This document shows, one piece after another, positions 17,272-26,292 of a stretch of DNA of 64,000 nt (positions are counted from its first letter, which is position 1; every line of letters starts with the position of its first letter). Under the pieces are notes generated by a model, which worked only from the letters and a program-made list of their open reading frames with translations, was not told the DNA's origin and searched no databases. Made by a program: the position numbers and the translations under genes. The DNA lies in the IMG/VR virus record IMGVR_UViG_3300043464_002284, positions 173,916 to 237,915 of that record; one strand, given 5' to 3'.

Positions 17272-18141
17272 ATGGCTGTTCCGTTTATGTTTGTGGATGG
17301 TAATTTGACGCTGGTTCTTAACAACCAGAGTTATCAGGTGTTGCCGGATCATATCAACTATAAGTTGATTCTGGAAAGACTTCCTACTGCTACGGCAGAG
17401 GAACTCTTGGAAGTTGTTGATGTTCAAAAGGCTGTTGCTACTTTTAGCGATGGTCTTGTGGAGATCAAGAACGGTCAGGTTCTCTACGAGGGTGAGGAAG
17501 TTCATGGTAGTATTAGTAAGCGTATTCTGGAGTTTATGAGCAAGGGATTGCCGTTTCAGCCCCTTGTTAATTTCCTGAATAATCTCATGGAAAATCCAAG
17601 TATGCAGAGTCAGAAGGAACTGTATGATTTCTTGGAGCATGAGCATCTGCCTATTACTGAGGATGGTTTCTTCCTCGCCTATAAGGCTGTTCGTTCAGAC
17701 TTTAAGGATAAGTATAGGGGAGTTTTTGACAACAGAGTTGGTAAGGTCTGTGAAATGCAACGAGCAAAGGTAGACGATGATCGTGGTCGTGGTTGTTCTA
17801 ATGGACTTCATGCTGGAGCATTGAATTATGTTGCTGGCTATGGTAGTCTTGAGGCTGGCGACCGCATTGTGATCGTCAAGATTAATCCCAAGGATGTTGT
17901 GAGTGTTCCTAGTGATTGTAACTATGAAAAGCTCCGCACTTGTCGCTACGAAGTAGTTGGTGAGTATGAGGGCGAATTGCTCAAGCCTCTTTATAAGGCT
18001 GATTTTAGTCAGGATGATTACGAGGATGATGACGACGATTATCTAAATGACTATGATGAAAGCTATTGGGATCAGTTTGACGAAGAAGATGAGGACGAAG
18101 ATGAGGATGAGGATTATGACGATGAGGATGACCAGTATTGA
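17272..18141 (+). CDS. rIIB: rIIB-like protein with acidic tail
   Basis: LPITEDG.FLAYK, CSNGLHAG, VKINPKDVVSVPSDCN..KLRTCRYEVV. Confidence 0.92.
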   Translation: MAVPFMFVDGNLTLVLNNQSYQVLPDHINYKLILERLPTATAEELLEVVDVQKAVATFSDGLVEIKNGQVLYEGEEVHGSISKRILEFMSKGLPFQPLVNFLNNLMENPSMQSQKELYDFLEHEHLPITEDGFFLAYKAVRSDFKDKYRGVFDNRVGKVCEMQRAKVDDDRGRGCSNGLHAGALNYVAGYGSLEAGDRIVIVKINPKDVVSVPSDCNYEKLRTCRYEVVGEYEGELLKPLYKADFSQDDYEDDDDDYLNDYDESYWDQFDEEDEDEDEDEDYDDEDDQY

Positions 18142-18153
18142 TTCTTGATAGTC

Positions 18154-18236
18154 AAGGTGGTGTTTGGTAACTTGTAAGATAGCACCTATATAGTTTCTGC
18201 TATCGTACAATAACGGTTCGATTCCGTTACCATCTT
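18154..18236 (+). ncRNA. tRNA-like structured RNA (8-bp acceptor-like stem, 5-bp T arm, no canonical anticodon arm)
   Basis: AAGGTGGT/ACCATCTT; AACGG-TTCGATT-CCGTT; internal TTGTA-A-GATAGCA/TGCTATC-G-TACAA stem. Confidence 0.6.
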
Positions 18237-18296
18237 TTCCGATATTGCTTTTGATGGTAGTGTTTACTGTCCCAATATCAAAATTGTAGGTAGGAA

Positions 18297-19469
18297 GTGG
18301 AAAAAGGAAAACAAATGTTTAGCGATACTTTGGCTTTTAATCCGTTCGATAAGACTCATAGTGCTATTGGAACAAGAGATCAGATTGCTTTGCGAAATAA
18401 GTTTTTTGATTCTTTTGGTGGTCAGCAGATTTTTTGCTATAACGGTGATCCTCGTAAGAAGATCAGCAGTATGAATCATACGGATCATCTTACCACCGTT
18501 GCTATTGCAAATGATAGTCAGGGTGCTGATGCTTACTTCTATGTTAATGGTGGACGTAAGCAATATGCTATTAGTAGAATTCGTGCTTGTTTTGTTGATA
18601 TGGATGCTGGGCGAGATGATCAAGGTCGTTATTTTAAACCCAGCATCGTCATGCAGAAGAAAAAGGAATTCTTGAACCAGATTAATAACTTTCCAGTAAA
18701 GCCAAGTTGGGTTGTTGATACTCGTAATGGTTATCAGTGCTATTGGATTCTAAACCAAAACAATATAAATCCTCACAAGACCTATTGGAATGGTATTCAA
18801 AAGAAACTTGTAAATCATTTTGGTGGTGATGCCCGAGCTATTAAAATCAATCAGATTTATAGGATCCCTTATACTTGGTGGAGGAAGGGTTGGGAAGGAA
18901 AGCAGCCTTATTTTACCAGTATTTTATCGGGATCAACTGGTGATTGGGTTAATATTGAACAGCTTAAAGAAGCTCTTGATGGTGTTTCTGCTGTGGTTAA
19001 TATTGTTGCTAATAAGACTAGTGACGAATGGTTTAAGGAATATGCTAAGGCTTATAAAAGGTCTGACGTTACTGGGGTTCCGGTATCAGTTAATGTTGCT
19101 GCAACCATTGCCAATCAGATGAACTCTTTAAACCTTAACACCTATACAAATAGTACAGACGATATCAAGAAGTATAACCATTCTAAGTATGTTTATACTA
19201 GTAGCGGCGCTCTGTTCAATAAGGCTTATGGTGATCCTACTCCAGTGTCTCCTGTGACTGAGGACGATACAGACGCTCTTGAGCCGCTTCCTGTTGACGC
19301 TGGGGGCGAGGATTTAGATCTTGACGGTTCACAGACCAAGCTTTTAAAGACGGTCGTGGAGTTCCTTAATCAAGTCTCAACGCCCCTCTACTTTAGTAAC
19401 AACAGATTCTTGTCTAATGCTGCTAAAGAACTAGCCTCTAAAATTAGTGACAAGTTTTGTATTGGATGA
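18297..19469 (+). CDS. RepB-type (AEP superfamily) DNA primase domain protein; start probably ATG 18315
   Basis: CFVDMD, PSWVVDTRNGYQCYW, QIYRIPYT. Confidence 0.75.
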   Translation: MEKGKQMFSDTLAFNPFDKTHSAIGTRDQIALRNKFFDSFGGQQIFCYNGDPRKKISSMNHTDHLTTVAIANDSQGADAYFYVNGGRKQYAISRIRACFVDMDAGRDDQGRYFKPSIVMQKKKEFLNQINNFPVKPSWVVDTRNGYQCYWILNQNNINPHKTYWNGIQKKLVNHFGGDARAIKINQIYRIPYTWWRKGWEGKQPYFTSILSGSTGDWVNIEQLKEALDGVSAVVNIVANKTSDEWFKEYAKAYKRSDVTGVPVSVNVAATIANQMNSLNLNTYTNSTDDIKKYNHSKYVYTSSGALFNKAYGDPTPVSPVTEDDTDALEPLPVDAGGEDLDLDGSQTKLLKTVVEFLNQVSTPLYFSNNRFLSNAAKELASKISDKFCIG

Positions 19470-19470
19470 G

Positions 19471-19517
19471 GGTTTAGTGTCAGGGGTATTGGAAATTCCA
19501 TACCCTTTGACACAACC
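19471..19517 (+). terminator. Strong intergenic hairpin (terminator, processing or regulatory)
   Basis: GTGTCA-GGGGTAT...ATACCCT-T-TGACAC plus flanking GGTT/AACC. Confidence 0.5.
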
Positions 19518-19534
19518 GCATAAGGAGAAAACAA

Positions 19535-19771
19535 ATGGGCAGACATACTAATAAATTAACACAGATGTTACTTAATGACGAATCAGCGAAACAAGCATTT
19601 GTTGAACTGATGAAGAAGTACAATTGTTCTTTCGATGTATATGAACACATAAAAAACAATGGTTTTAGAGGCATTAAATTCTATAACGGATATCAAACTA
19701 TGTGTCATGTTATACGTCGATTAGGGTTCAAGGGGCAAAAAGAGGAAGAAAACCAACAAGAGCAAATGTAA
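19535..19771 (+). CDS. Hypothetical protein
   Basis: AAGGAG RBS. Confidence 0.65.
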   Translation: MGRHTNKLTQMLLNDESAKQAFVELMKKYNCSFDVYEHIKNNGFRGIKFYNGYQTMCHVIRRLGFKGQKEEENQQEQM

Positions 19772-19819
19772 TTGCCAATACTGGATCAAGATGGTCTAAT
19801 ATAGAAAATTGAGAATTTT

Positions 19820-20236
19820 ATGGGACAGCAAGACGAAGATTTCAACTATGATGATGACTATGAAGATGATAGTCAGGACACTCCAGAGAGTCATTATAAA
19901 AAATACTTCAAGTTTGATCCCGATGCTTGGGATGCTTGGGGAAAAATGCTATATGATACTCTAAATGAAATAGTTGAATATCCTTCAAACGTATGGTATA
20001 TTGGCCCTAGCTTTCCGAAAGGTTCGTTACCTGTGAATGATTACTTCTCCAAATCAGGGAACTTTAAAAACTCTCTGTATTTGGGGAACAATCATTACAA
20101 AGAACCGATCTATAAAACACAATACTTTGTTCATGATAAATTGCAAAGCGGCTATAAGAATCACTTAAGATCAAACGCAGTTCATTTTTTACAACAGCCC
20201 AATTACTATAAAGGACTGTTCGATATCTTGAACTAA
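19820..20236 (+). CDS. Hypothetical protein with acidic N-terminus
   Basis: ORF fills the gap; D/E-rich start. Confidence 0.6.
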   Translation: MGQQDEDFNYDDDYEDDSQDTPESHYKKYFKFDPDAWDAWGKMLYDTLNEIVEYPSNVWYIGPSFPKGSLPVNDYFSKSGNFKNSLYLGNNHYKEPIYKTQYFVHDKLQSGYKNHLRSNAVHFLQQPNYYKGLFDILN

Positions 20237-20245
20237 GGAGCAAGG

Positions 20246-20494
20246 ATGTTACCAGCAGCACTTTTATATTTAGCAATAGCTCTTGGCTCATTAACGGAAA
20301 CTCCCTTTGTAGCCTATGATCTTGCCACTCATATGAGTAGGTCGCAAAGAGTAGAGTGGACAAAAATGACTGACGATAATGGGAATGTAAGATTTACTAT
20401 TACATTTCATAAGATGCCGATTTTAGATGAGTTAGGTTTTGAAAGAACTTTTGTAGACAAACACAACAACTGTCAGTCAGAAATCAAGAAATAA
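20246..20494 (+). CDS. Hypothetical protein, possible signal peptide
   Basis: AAGGAG RBS; hydrophobic N-terminus. Confidence 0.6.
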   Translation: MLPAALLYLAIALGSLTETPFVAYDLATHMSRSQRVEWTKMTDDNGNVRFTITFHKMPILDELGFERTFVDKHNNCQSEIKK

Positions 20495-20496
20495 AT

Positions 20497-20736
20497 ATGA
20501 ATACGTATTTTGAAATAAGGTTTAATAGAACAGAGTATAATAAAGCTTGTAATACAATGTCAGAGGTTATTCTAGCAATAGAAAAAGCTCTCAATGAAGA
20601 CAGAGTAATAGCTGAAACCATAACGGAAAAAGACAAAAAGACAGATAGAGTCACAACCATTTACAAACCCGACTTCTCTGCTAAACTGGAGTGGACAGAG
20701 ATTCCCAAATACAGAGGCGAAACCCTAGTATCATGA
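20497..20736 (+). CDS. Hypothetical protein
   Basis: Operonic packing. Confidence 0.6.
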   Translation: MNTYFEIRFNRTEYNKACNTMSEVILAIEKALNEDRVIAETITEKDKKTDRVTTIYKPDFSAKLEWTEIPKYRGETLVS

Positions 20737-21167
20737 AAGATGAACAATGGTTTTTTATTAATGATTTTGATGATTTTGTTGACCATTCAAGATCTTTAGT
20801 CTTTAAGTTTTTTGGAGCCGTAAATGAGATGGCTGATGATTCTATGACGGCATCTCTCACACAGATGAGCCAAGAAGAGTTAGAGGAGATGGATGAAACA
20901 CTAACTCATGATGAGTCTGCTATTATCATAAAAAATTACGCCAGAAAACAGGTCAATAGAAAAACAAAAGAAACCAGATATTGTCTAACAGACAAACTTC
21001 TTCAGTCTATTATAGAAGACATGAATAATAGAATGATTAGTAATATATTAAACTCTTTGGTCAATAAAGGAGTTCTTGATAGTGCATACGATAGTGATCA
21101 AAACGACTTTATTTTTTGGGTGAAAGATGACGACAATAAACAAAATCAAAAACCTGAGACCGACTGA
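20691..21167 (+). CDS. Hypothetical protein, distant member of paralog family A; start probably ATG 20733
   Basis: C-terminal LVNKGVLDSAYDSDQNDFIFW parallels LAAKGFVDCSWDDESNEMVFW. Confidence 0.65.
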   Translation: MDRDSQIQRRNPSIMKDEQWFFINDFDDFVDHSRSLVFKFFGAVNEMADDSMTASLTQMSQEELEEMDETLTHDESAIIIKNYARKQVNRKTKETRYCLTDKLLQSIIEDMNNRMISNILNSLVNKGVLDSAYDSDQNDFIFWVKDDDNKQNQKPETD

Positions 21168-21531
21168 GATTGACGGAAGTTTTAAGTATAGTTGCCCAAA
21201 CTGCTCTAGCGATTATTGGGCTACCTTAAAACAAGTCAGATGTAGAGAATTTGTAATAGTTTGTGATTGTGAAACTATTTTAAAACCAAAACCAGTAGAA
21301 CTTATTAGAATAGTATACAAAAAGAAAAAACAAAAAAAAGTATCAGAAGATGTTTTAGATCCTGAAATTTTGGATCGTTGTTGTAAGTCTTTAATGTCTT
21401 ATGGTTTTGACAAAGAAGAAGCAACAAAGCTAATACAAAAAGCCTATAAAGATACAAAAAATACTGATTGTGCTACTTTGGTAAAAATGTCCCTATCTAA
21501 TTTTGGAGAAAATAATGGCAAATGCAATTAG
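21127..21531 (+). CDS. Zinc-ribbon plus RuvA domain III-like protein
   Basis: CPNC...CDC N-terminus; C-terminal SLMSYGFDKEEA...TLVKMSL resembles the RuvA C-terminal domain; directly upstream of ruvB. Confidence 0.65.
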   Translation: MTTINKIKNLRPTEIDGSFKYSCPNCSSDYWATLKQVRCREFVIVCDCETILKPKPVELIRIVYKKKKQKKVSEDVLDPEILDRCCKSLMSYGFDKEEATKLIQKAYKDTKNTDCATLVKMSLSNFGENNGKCN

Positions 21532-22417
21532 ACCCACTCGTTTTAGTGAGATTATTGGTCAGGCAGAGGTTGTGAATCGACTAGGTATCGTTGTGGCGGG
21601 CTGTAAAAACTCAAATGGTGTGATGCCTCATGTTTTAATAGACGGCCCGCCTGGGCTTGGTAAGACCACCATAGCGAGTGCCATAGCTACAGAGATGGGT
21701 GAGAATCTTTATACTGTGAATGGTGCTAATGTACGGAGCGTAAAAAATCTGTTACCATATCTTATGGGTATTGCTCCAAGATCAGTTCTTTTTATTGATG
21801 AAATCCACAGACTTCCAAAAATAGTGGAAGAATTCCTTTATCCTGTTATGGAAGATTTCGTTCTTAGTATTGTAGTGGAAGATAAGCCAGAGAATATTGA
21901 ATTGCCAATGTTTACCTTGGTGGGGGCTACTACTAGTGGGGGTAGTTTAAGTCAACCATTTTATGATAGGTTTCAAATTAAAGAACATTTGTCTTTCTAT
22001 AGCGACGATGATTTAGCTAAACTCGCCAGGTCGAACGCAGACAAGCTCGGACTAATGATTGACGATAATGATTTGCTAGAAATCGCAAAGAGGAGCAAAG
22101 GAACTCCGCGTATTTTAAATGGTAGATTGCAGTGGTACAAGAATTGCGTCTCTTACTATGCGGATAAGAAGATGACAGTTGATGATATATTTAATAATCA
22201 GGGTATTGATAAAAACGGGTTGGATGTGTATGATAAGATGTATTTAACGGTACTTACTAAATCTCGGGGTACGGCATTGGGTTTGAAAAGCATTTCTTCT
22301 TTGACTGGCATAGCTATTGAAACTATTGAAAATAGCATAGAGCCATATCTTGTTCGTCGAGGTTTTGTGGTCAGAACCCAAAAGGGAAGGGTAATAGGCT
22401 CATATAAAAATGAATGA
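21503..22417 (+). CDS. ruvB: Holliday junction branch migration ATPase RuvB; start probably ATG 21515
   Basis: RPTRFSEIIGQ, GPPGLGKTT, LFIDEIHRL, GATT, RSKGTPR, IEPYL, RTQKGR. Confidence 0.95.
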   Translation: MEKIMANAIRPTRFSEIIGQAEVVNRLGIVVAGCKNSNGVMPHVLIDGPPGLGKTTIASAIATEMGENLYTVNGANVRSVKNLLPYLMGIAPRSVLFIDEIHRLPKIVEEFLYPVMEDFVLSIVVEDKPENIELPMFTLVGATTSGGSLSQPFYDRFQIKEHLSFYSDDDLAKLARSNADKLGLMIDDNDLLEIAKRSKGTPRILNGRLQWYKNCVSYYADKKMTVDDIFNNQGIDKNGLDVYDKMYLTVLTKSRGTALGLKSISSLTGIAIETIENSIEPYLVRRGFVVRTQKGRVIGSYKNE

Positions 22418-22742
22418 AATATCAATATCCATAAATTTACCAACTATAATTTTTTTCTCAATCACACTCCTAGTAATAGGGGTGTGTTTGTTTTTAATTG
22501 GCTATTTTATCGGAAAACAACACAGTGCTGGTGTATCTATTAGTGCTACTAATATAAGGCCAACAAGCTTTTTTGAAGAAGCAAAAAAAGAAAAACAAGC
22601 TTTGAGTATTGATGACACCAAGTATGTTGTTGATATTAAAACGTCAGGAATGGAAAAGAAATACGAGTCTTTAGGTGATATTAAAAAATCCGAAGAAAAC
22701 ATAAGCAATTCTATAAATAAACTTAAGAATATGAAGAGGTGA
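22410..22742 (+). CDS. Single-TM protein upstream of the actin-like ATPase
   Basis: N-terminal TM, soluble C-terminal tail. Confidence 0.65.
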   Translation: MNEISISINLPTIIFFSITLLVIGVCLFLIGYFIGKQHSAGVSISATNIRPTSFFEEAKKEKQALSIDDTKYVVDIKTSGMEKKYESLGDIKKSEENISNSINKLKNMKR

Positions 22743-22746
22743 AAAA

Positions 22747-23751
22747 ATGGCAGCTGGATTAGACGTCGGTACAAGCTATATTGTTTTATCAAAAGAAGAT
22801 AAAAAAAGCCACATCATGTATAAAGATTTTAGAGATGCATTTTATGTCATCAAACCCACAACACCAGTTGCTACAAAAATGATTGAAAAAGGTCTTGCTG
22901 GTAAGGTTTTCATTAAAGATAGTGACGGTTCTTTTGTTCTCTTAGGTAAAGATGCGATTGAAAAAGCCATAGAGAGAAACGACACAGCAAAAAGACCTAT
23001 GTATAAGGGTGTTGTTTCCGCTAAAGAAAAAGATGCCAAAAAGATCCTGGCTTTCATCTTGAAAGAAGTTGTTGGTCAAGCCTCAGAGGAAAACGAACAG
23101 CTTGTATTTTGCGTACCTGCTCAACCAGTAGATCAAGAAGATGAAGATTTTGATGTTGGATATCATGAAGATGTGGTAAAGACAATTTTAAGAGAGTGTG
23201 GATATAATGCAAAAGCAATAAATGAAGCCGAAGCTCTTTGTTACGCTGAATTAGATGTTGAGGACTATACGGGTATTGCTGTTAGTTGTGGTGCTGGGAT
23301 GACTAATGTTTGTGTTATGTTGAACGGTGAGCCTACTGTTGTTTTTAGTACAACTAAAAGTGGCGATTGGGTAGATCGTATGAGTGCCGTAGCAACGGGA
23401 GAACCAGACAGTGTTGTTCAAGCAGAGAAGGAGGGCGGGGGTTTTGTAATAGGAGAACCCAGCGATAGTCCTGTTTTGGGTGCTGTGTCAGCATACTATG
23501 AAAGACTGATCGACTATACAACTAAACAGTTAGCTCACGCACTATCTAATCATAAATCTTTGCCAAAGTTTAAAAATCCATTAACTATTGTTGTTGCTGG
23601 TGGAACTTCGCAAGCCGCTGGATATATTGAGCAATTTGCTAAAAAACTAGAAGAGAATGGATTTCCTCTTAAAATTAAAGAAGTAAAACATGCAGCAGAT
23701 CCACTGCACGCTGTTGCTAAGGGGTGTTTGATAGCAGCAAAGGTTTTGTAA
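22747..23751 (+). CDS. Actin-like ATPase (MreB/ParM/Hsp70 fold)
   Basis: Phosphate-1 GLDVGTS, connect INEAEA, phosphate-2 SCGAGMTN, adenosine VVAGGTS, AVAKG. Confidence 0.85.
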   Translation: MAAGLDVGTSYIVLSKEDKKSHIMYKDFRDAFYVIKPTTPVATKMIEKGLAGKVFIKDSDGSFVLLGKDAIEKAIERNDTAKRPMYKGVVSAKEKDAKKILAFILKEVVGQASEENEQLVFCVPAQPVDQEDEDFDVGYHEDVVKTILRECGYNAKAINEAEALCYAELDVEDYTGIAVSCGAGMTNVCVMLNGEPTVVFSTTKSGDWVDRMSAVATGEPDSVVQAEKEGGGFVIGEPSDSPVLGAVSAYYERLIDYTTKQLAHALSNHKSLPKFKNPLTIVVAGGTSQAAGYIEQFAKKLEENGFPLKIKEVKHAADPLHAVAKGCLIAAKVL

Positions 23752-24063
23752 ATGTTTAATTTTCTGAAAAAACTCAGATATGCGGTCCGGTCTCCAAAAT
23801 GGCAAAACGTAAGAAAAGAACACATTAAAAATAATCCGTCTTGTATTGCCTGTGGCAGAGATAGGAAATTAGAAGTACACCACATAAAGCCTGTACATTT
23901 ATTTCCTGAGCTAGAACTAGATCCTTCAAATCTTGTTACATTGTGTGCTGATCCATGTCACTTATTGTTTGGTCATTTAATGCATTTCAAGAGTTGGAAT
24001 AGCTCTGTTATAGAGGATAGTTCTGATTATTTAGATAAGATAAAACGCAGACCATATTTTTGA
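23752..24063 (+). CDS. HNH endonuclease
   Basis: CIACG...EVHHIKP...NLVTLC..PCH. Confidence 0.9.
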   Translation: MFNFLKKLRYAVRSPKWQNVRKEHIKNNPSCIACGRDRKLEVHHIKPVHLFPELELDPSNLVTLCADPCHLLFGHLMHFKSWNSSVIEDSSDYLDKIKRRPYF

Positions 24064-24109
24064 ATATAGTGTATGTATAATATGACCAAAATACCCAAGA
24101 GGTTATATT

Positions 24110-25060
24110 ATGGCTAAAAAAAGATCCAATAAAAATAATTGTGGACTGTTTCCGTATATCAAAGAAGAACTATACGGGGATTTCTCAGATGGTCAAAAAA
24201 TACCTTGGTCTATTGAGAAGTTTCATATAGATCAACTGTGGAATGCTTCAACTGGCGAAGGTATTAAGGTTGCTGTTATAGATAGTGGATGTGATTTAAA
24301 TCACGAAGATCTTAAAGACAATTTTATCCAGGGTAAAAACTTTGTTGAACCAAACAAAGACCCTATGGACGAGAACAGTCACGGTACTCATGTTGCTGGT
24401 ACTATCTGTGCAAAAAATAATAATCTGGGGGTTGTTGGAATAGCCCCAAACGTACAGATCATGCCCATTAAAGTCTTTGGGGCTGATGGTCGTGGCGACA
24501 ACAGAACGGTCTCTAATGCGATTGTGTGGGCTGCTGATCATGGCGCTGATATCCTGTGTATGTCTTTGGGTTCTCCGTATCAGTCAGCAGATCTGGAATC
24601 AGCTATTAATTATGCTCTTAAAAAAGGAGCTGTTTCATTTTGTGCTGCTGGCAATGGTGGTGAATCATCAGAAATATATTATCCAGCTAGGTATGAGCAA
24701 ACAGTTAGCACCGGAGCAATTGACGAAAAATTAAATCGAGCTTACTTCACATGCAAGGGTAGCGAATTAGATTTTCTGGCTCCAGGATTTAATATCTTAA
24801 GTACTATTCCTGGAAATAAATATGCTTTGATGAGCGGCACCAGTATGGCTAATCCATTTGTTGTGGGATGCGCATCATTATTGCTGTCTTATGTAAGAAA
24901 AGCCAAACTAAATACTAAATTAAAAACAGCAAATGACTATATAGAAATTTTACAAAAATACACATTTAATTTATCTAATCCTAATTATTCTAATCATAAA
25001 GAATACGAAGGAAACGGTGTGCTAGACCCAAGGAAATTCAACGGATGGCAAGACCTGTGA
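24110..25060 (+). CDS. Subtilisin-like serine peptidase (S8), intracellular type
   Basis: VAVIDSG, HGTHVAG, AAGN, SGTSMA; no signal peptide; N-terminal GLFPY resembles the LIPY motif of ISPs. Confidence 0.95.
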   Translation: MAKKRSNKNNCGLFPYIKEELYGDFSDGQKIPWSIEKFHIDQLWNASTGEGIKVAVIDSGCDLNHEDLKDNFIQGKNFVEPNKDPMDENSHGTHVAGTICAKNNNLGVVGIAPNVQIMPIKVFGADGRGDNRTVSNAIVWAADHGADILCMSLGSPYQSADLESAINYALKKGAVSFCAAGNGGESSEIYYPARYEQTVSTGAIDEKLNRAYFTCKGSELDFLAPGFNILSTIPGNKYALMSGTSMANPFVVGCASLLLSYVRKAKLNTKLKTANDYIEILQKYTFNLSNPNYSNHKEYEGNGVLDPRKFNGWQDL

Positions 25061-25074
25061 AATGAGGTGATAAG

Positions 25075-25833
25075 ATGTTTAGATCTTTATTATTGATATT
25101 TTTTATTCTGTCTGGTATTCAATTAGGATTTGCTGGCACAATAGACCCTAACACTCCAGACTCAAAGCATATAGAATATGGGTCTAAATTTCATAGTGTA
25201 GTCAAGCTATGTTGTTTTGATGGAAAAGGAATGTCTTGTGGTTCTGCCGTAGTAATAGATCCACACTGGATAATTACTGCTGCTCATGTAGTAGAGAATT
25301 GCCATAGTTGGTCAGTCACAGTAGGAGAAGAACATTACAAAATTGATAAAATAATTATGCATGAAGATTATAAGACTGATATATTTGGATATAACGACAT
25401 CGCTTTAGGTTATTTAGAGAAAGAGATAAAACTAGATCACTACCCTGATCTATATAAAGATTCTGACGAGGTTGGGAGGGTGTGTTCGATGGCAGGATGG
25501 GGTTTTACCGGAACATTTAATACTGGAATAGAGAAAGCCGACGGAAAAAGAAGAGCCGGATCTAATTTTATAGATAGAACAGAACGAAAAATTCTGGTTT
25601 GCTCTCCCTCAAGACGTAATGAAAAAACCACAGAACTTGAATACCTCATAGGTAGCGGAGATAGTGGTGGGGGTCTATTTATAAACAATAAGCTTGCGGG
25701 AATTCACTCTTCTGTTATTGGATATGATGGTAAGCCAAATTCTACTTACACAGATGAGAGTTGTCATACGAGGATTAGTTTATATTCTGATTGGATTGAT
25801 TTGACAATCAAGGGGAATACAAATCCTCAATAG
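25075..25833 (+). CDS. Secreted trypsin-like serine protease (S1)
   Basis: Signal peptide; TAAHV, NDIAL, GDSGG. Confidence 0.92.
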   Translation: MFRSLLLIFFILSGIQLGFAGTIDPNTPDSKHIEYGSKFHSVVKLCCFDGKGMSCGSAVVIDPHWIITAAHVVENCHSWSVTVGEEHYKIDKIIMHEDYKTDIFGYNDIALGYLEKEIKLDHYPDLYKDSDEVGRVCSMAGWGFTGTFNTGIEKADGKRRAGSNFIDRTERKILVCSPSRRNEKTTELEYLIGSGDSGGGLFINNKLAGIHSSVIGYDGKPNSTYTDESCHTRISLYSDWIDLTIKGNTNPQ

Positions 25834-26224
25834 CTTCCCGTCCCCAGAGTCCCTCTTTTTTCAGTCTGGCTTTCTCTTCTCTTCTCCATACCTCCAGCTC
25901 TTTATAGTATGAATTCATTCTTCTTGTTTCAAAAACAGTATAAGTATGGACTATTCTGGGATTATATAGATGGTGTGGATTGTTAGTATTTAATCCAGCA
26001 CTATTTCTAGGAGTATAATTACTACTCTGAATACGATCCGCATATAAGTATGATTCTCCATATATTCTTCCAGACTGACCATAGCCAGAAGTTTCTGCTA
26101 CTTTAGCCGTATTGATAAAGCTACCCAAATTTTGATTAATGGGTAGTAAATCCATAGACTGTTGAGCAATAGCCGTCGAGTTAGTTGAAGCTATCAGTAA
26201 AATAAAAAAAACTGAACGAAACAT
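25808..26224 (-). CDS. Hypothetical secreted protein
   Basis: Signal-peptide-like N-terminus; GAGG RBS on minus strand. Confidence 0.6.
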   Translation of the reverse strand: MFRSVFFILLIASTNSTAIAQQSMDLLPINQNLGSFINTAKVAETSGYGQSGRIYGESYLYADRIQSSNYTPRNSAGLNTNNPHHLYNPRIVHTYTVFETRRMNSYYKELEVWRREEKARLKKEGLWGREAIEDLYSP

Positions 26225-26292
26225 AAAAGTACCTCATAGTGTCAATTATAGCCTATGATAGTAGTCAGGTCCAGTTGGTGGTCAATTATTTT

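Noticed and set aside
18154-18236. tRNA-Sec
   Set aside because: 8/5 stems match, but there is no TCA anticodon loop, no long variable arm and no GCCA end
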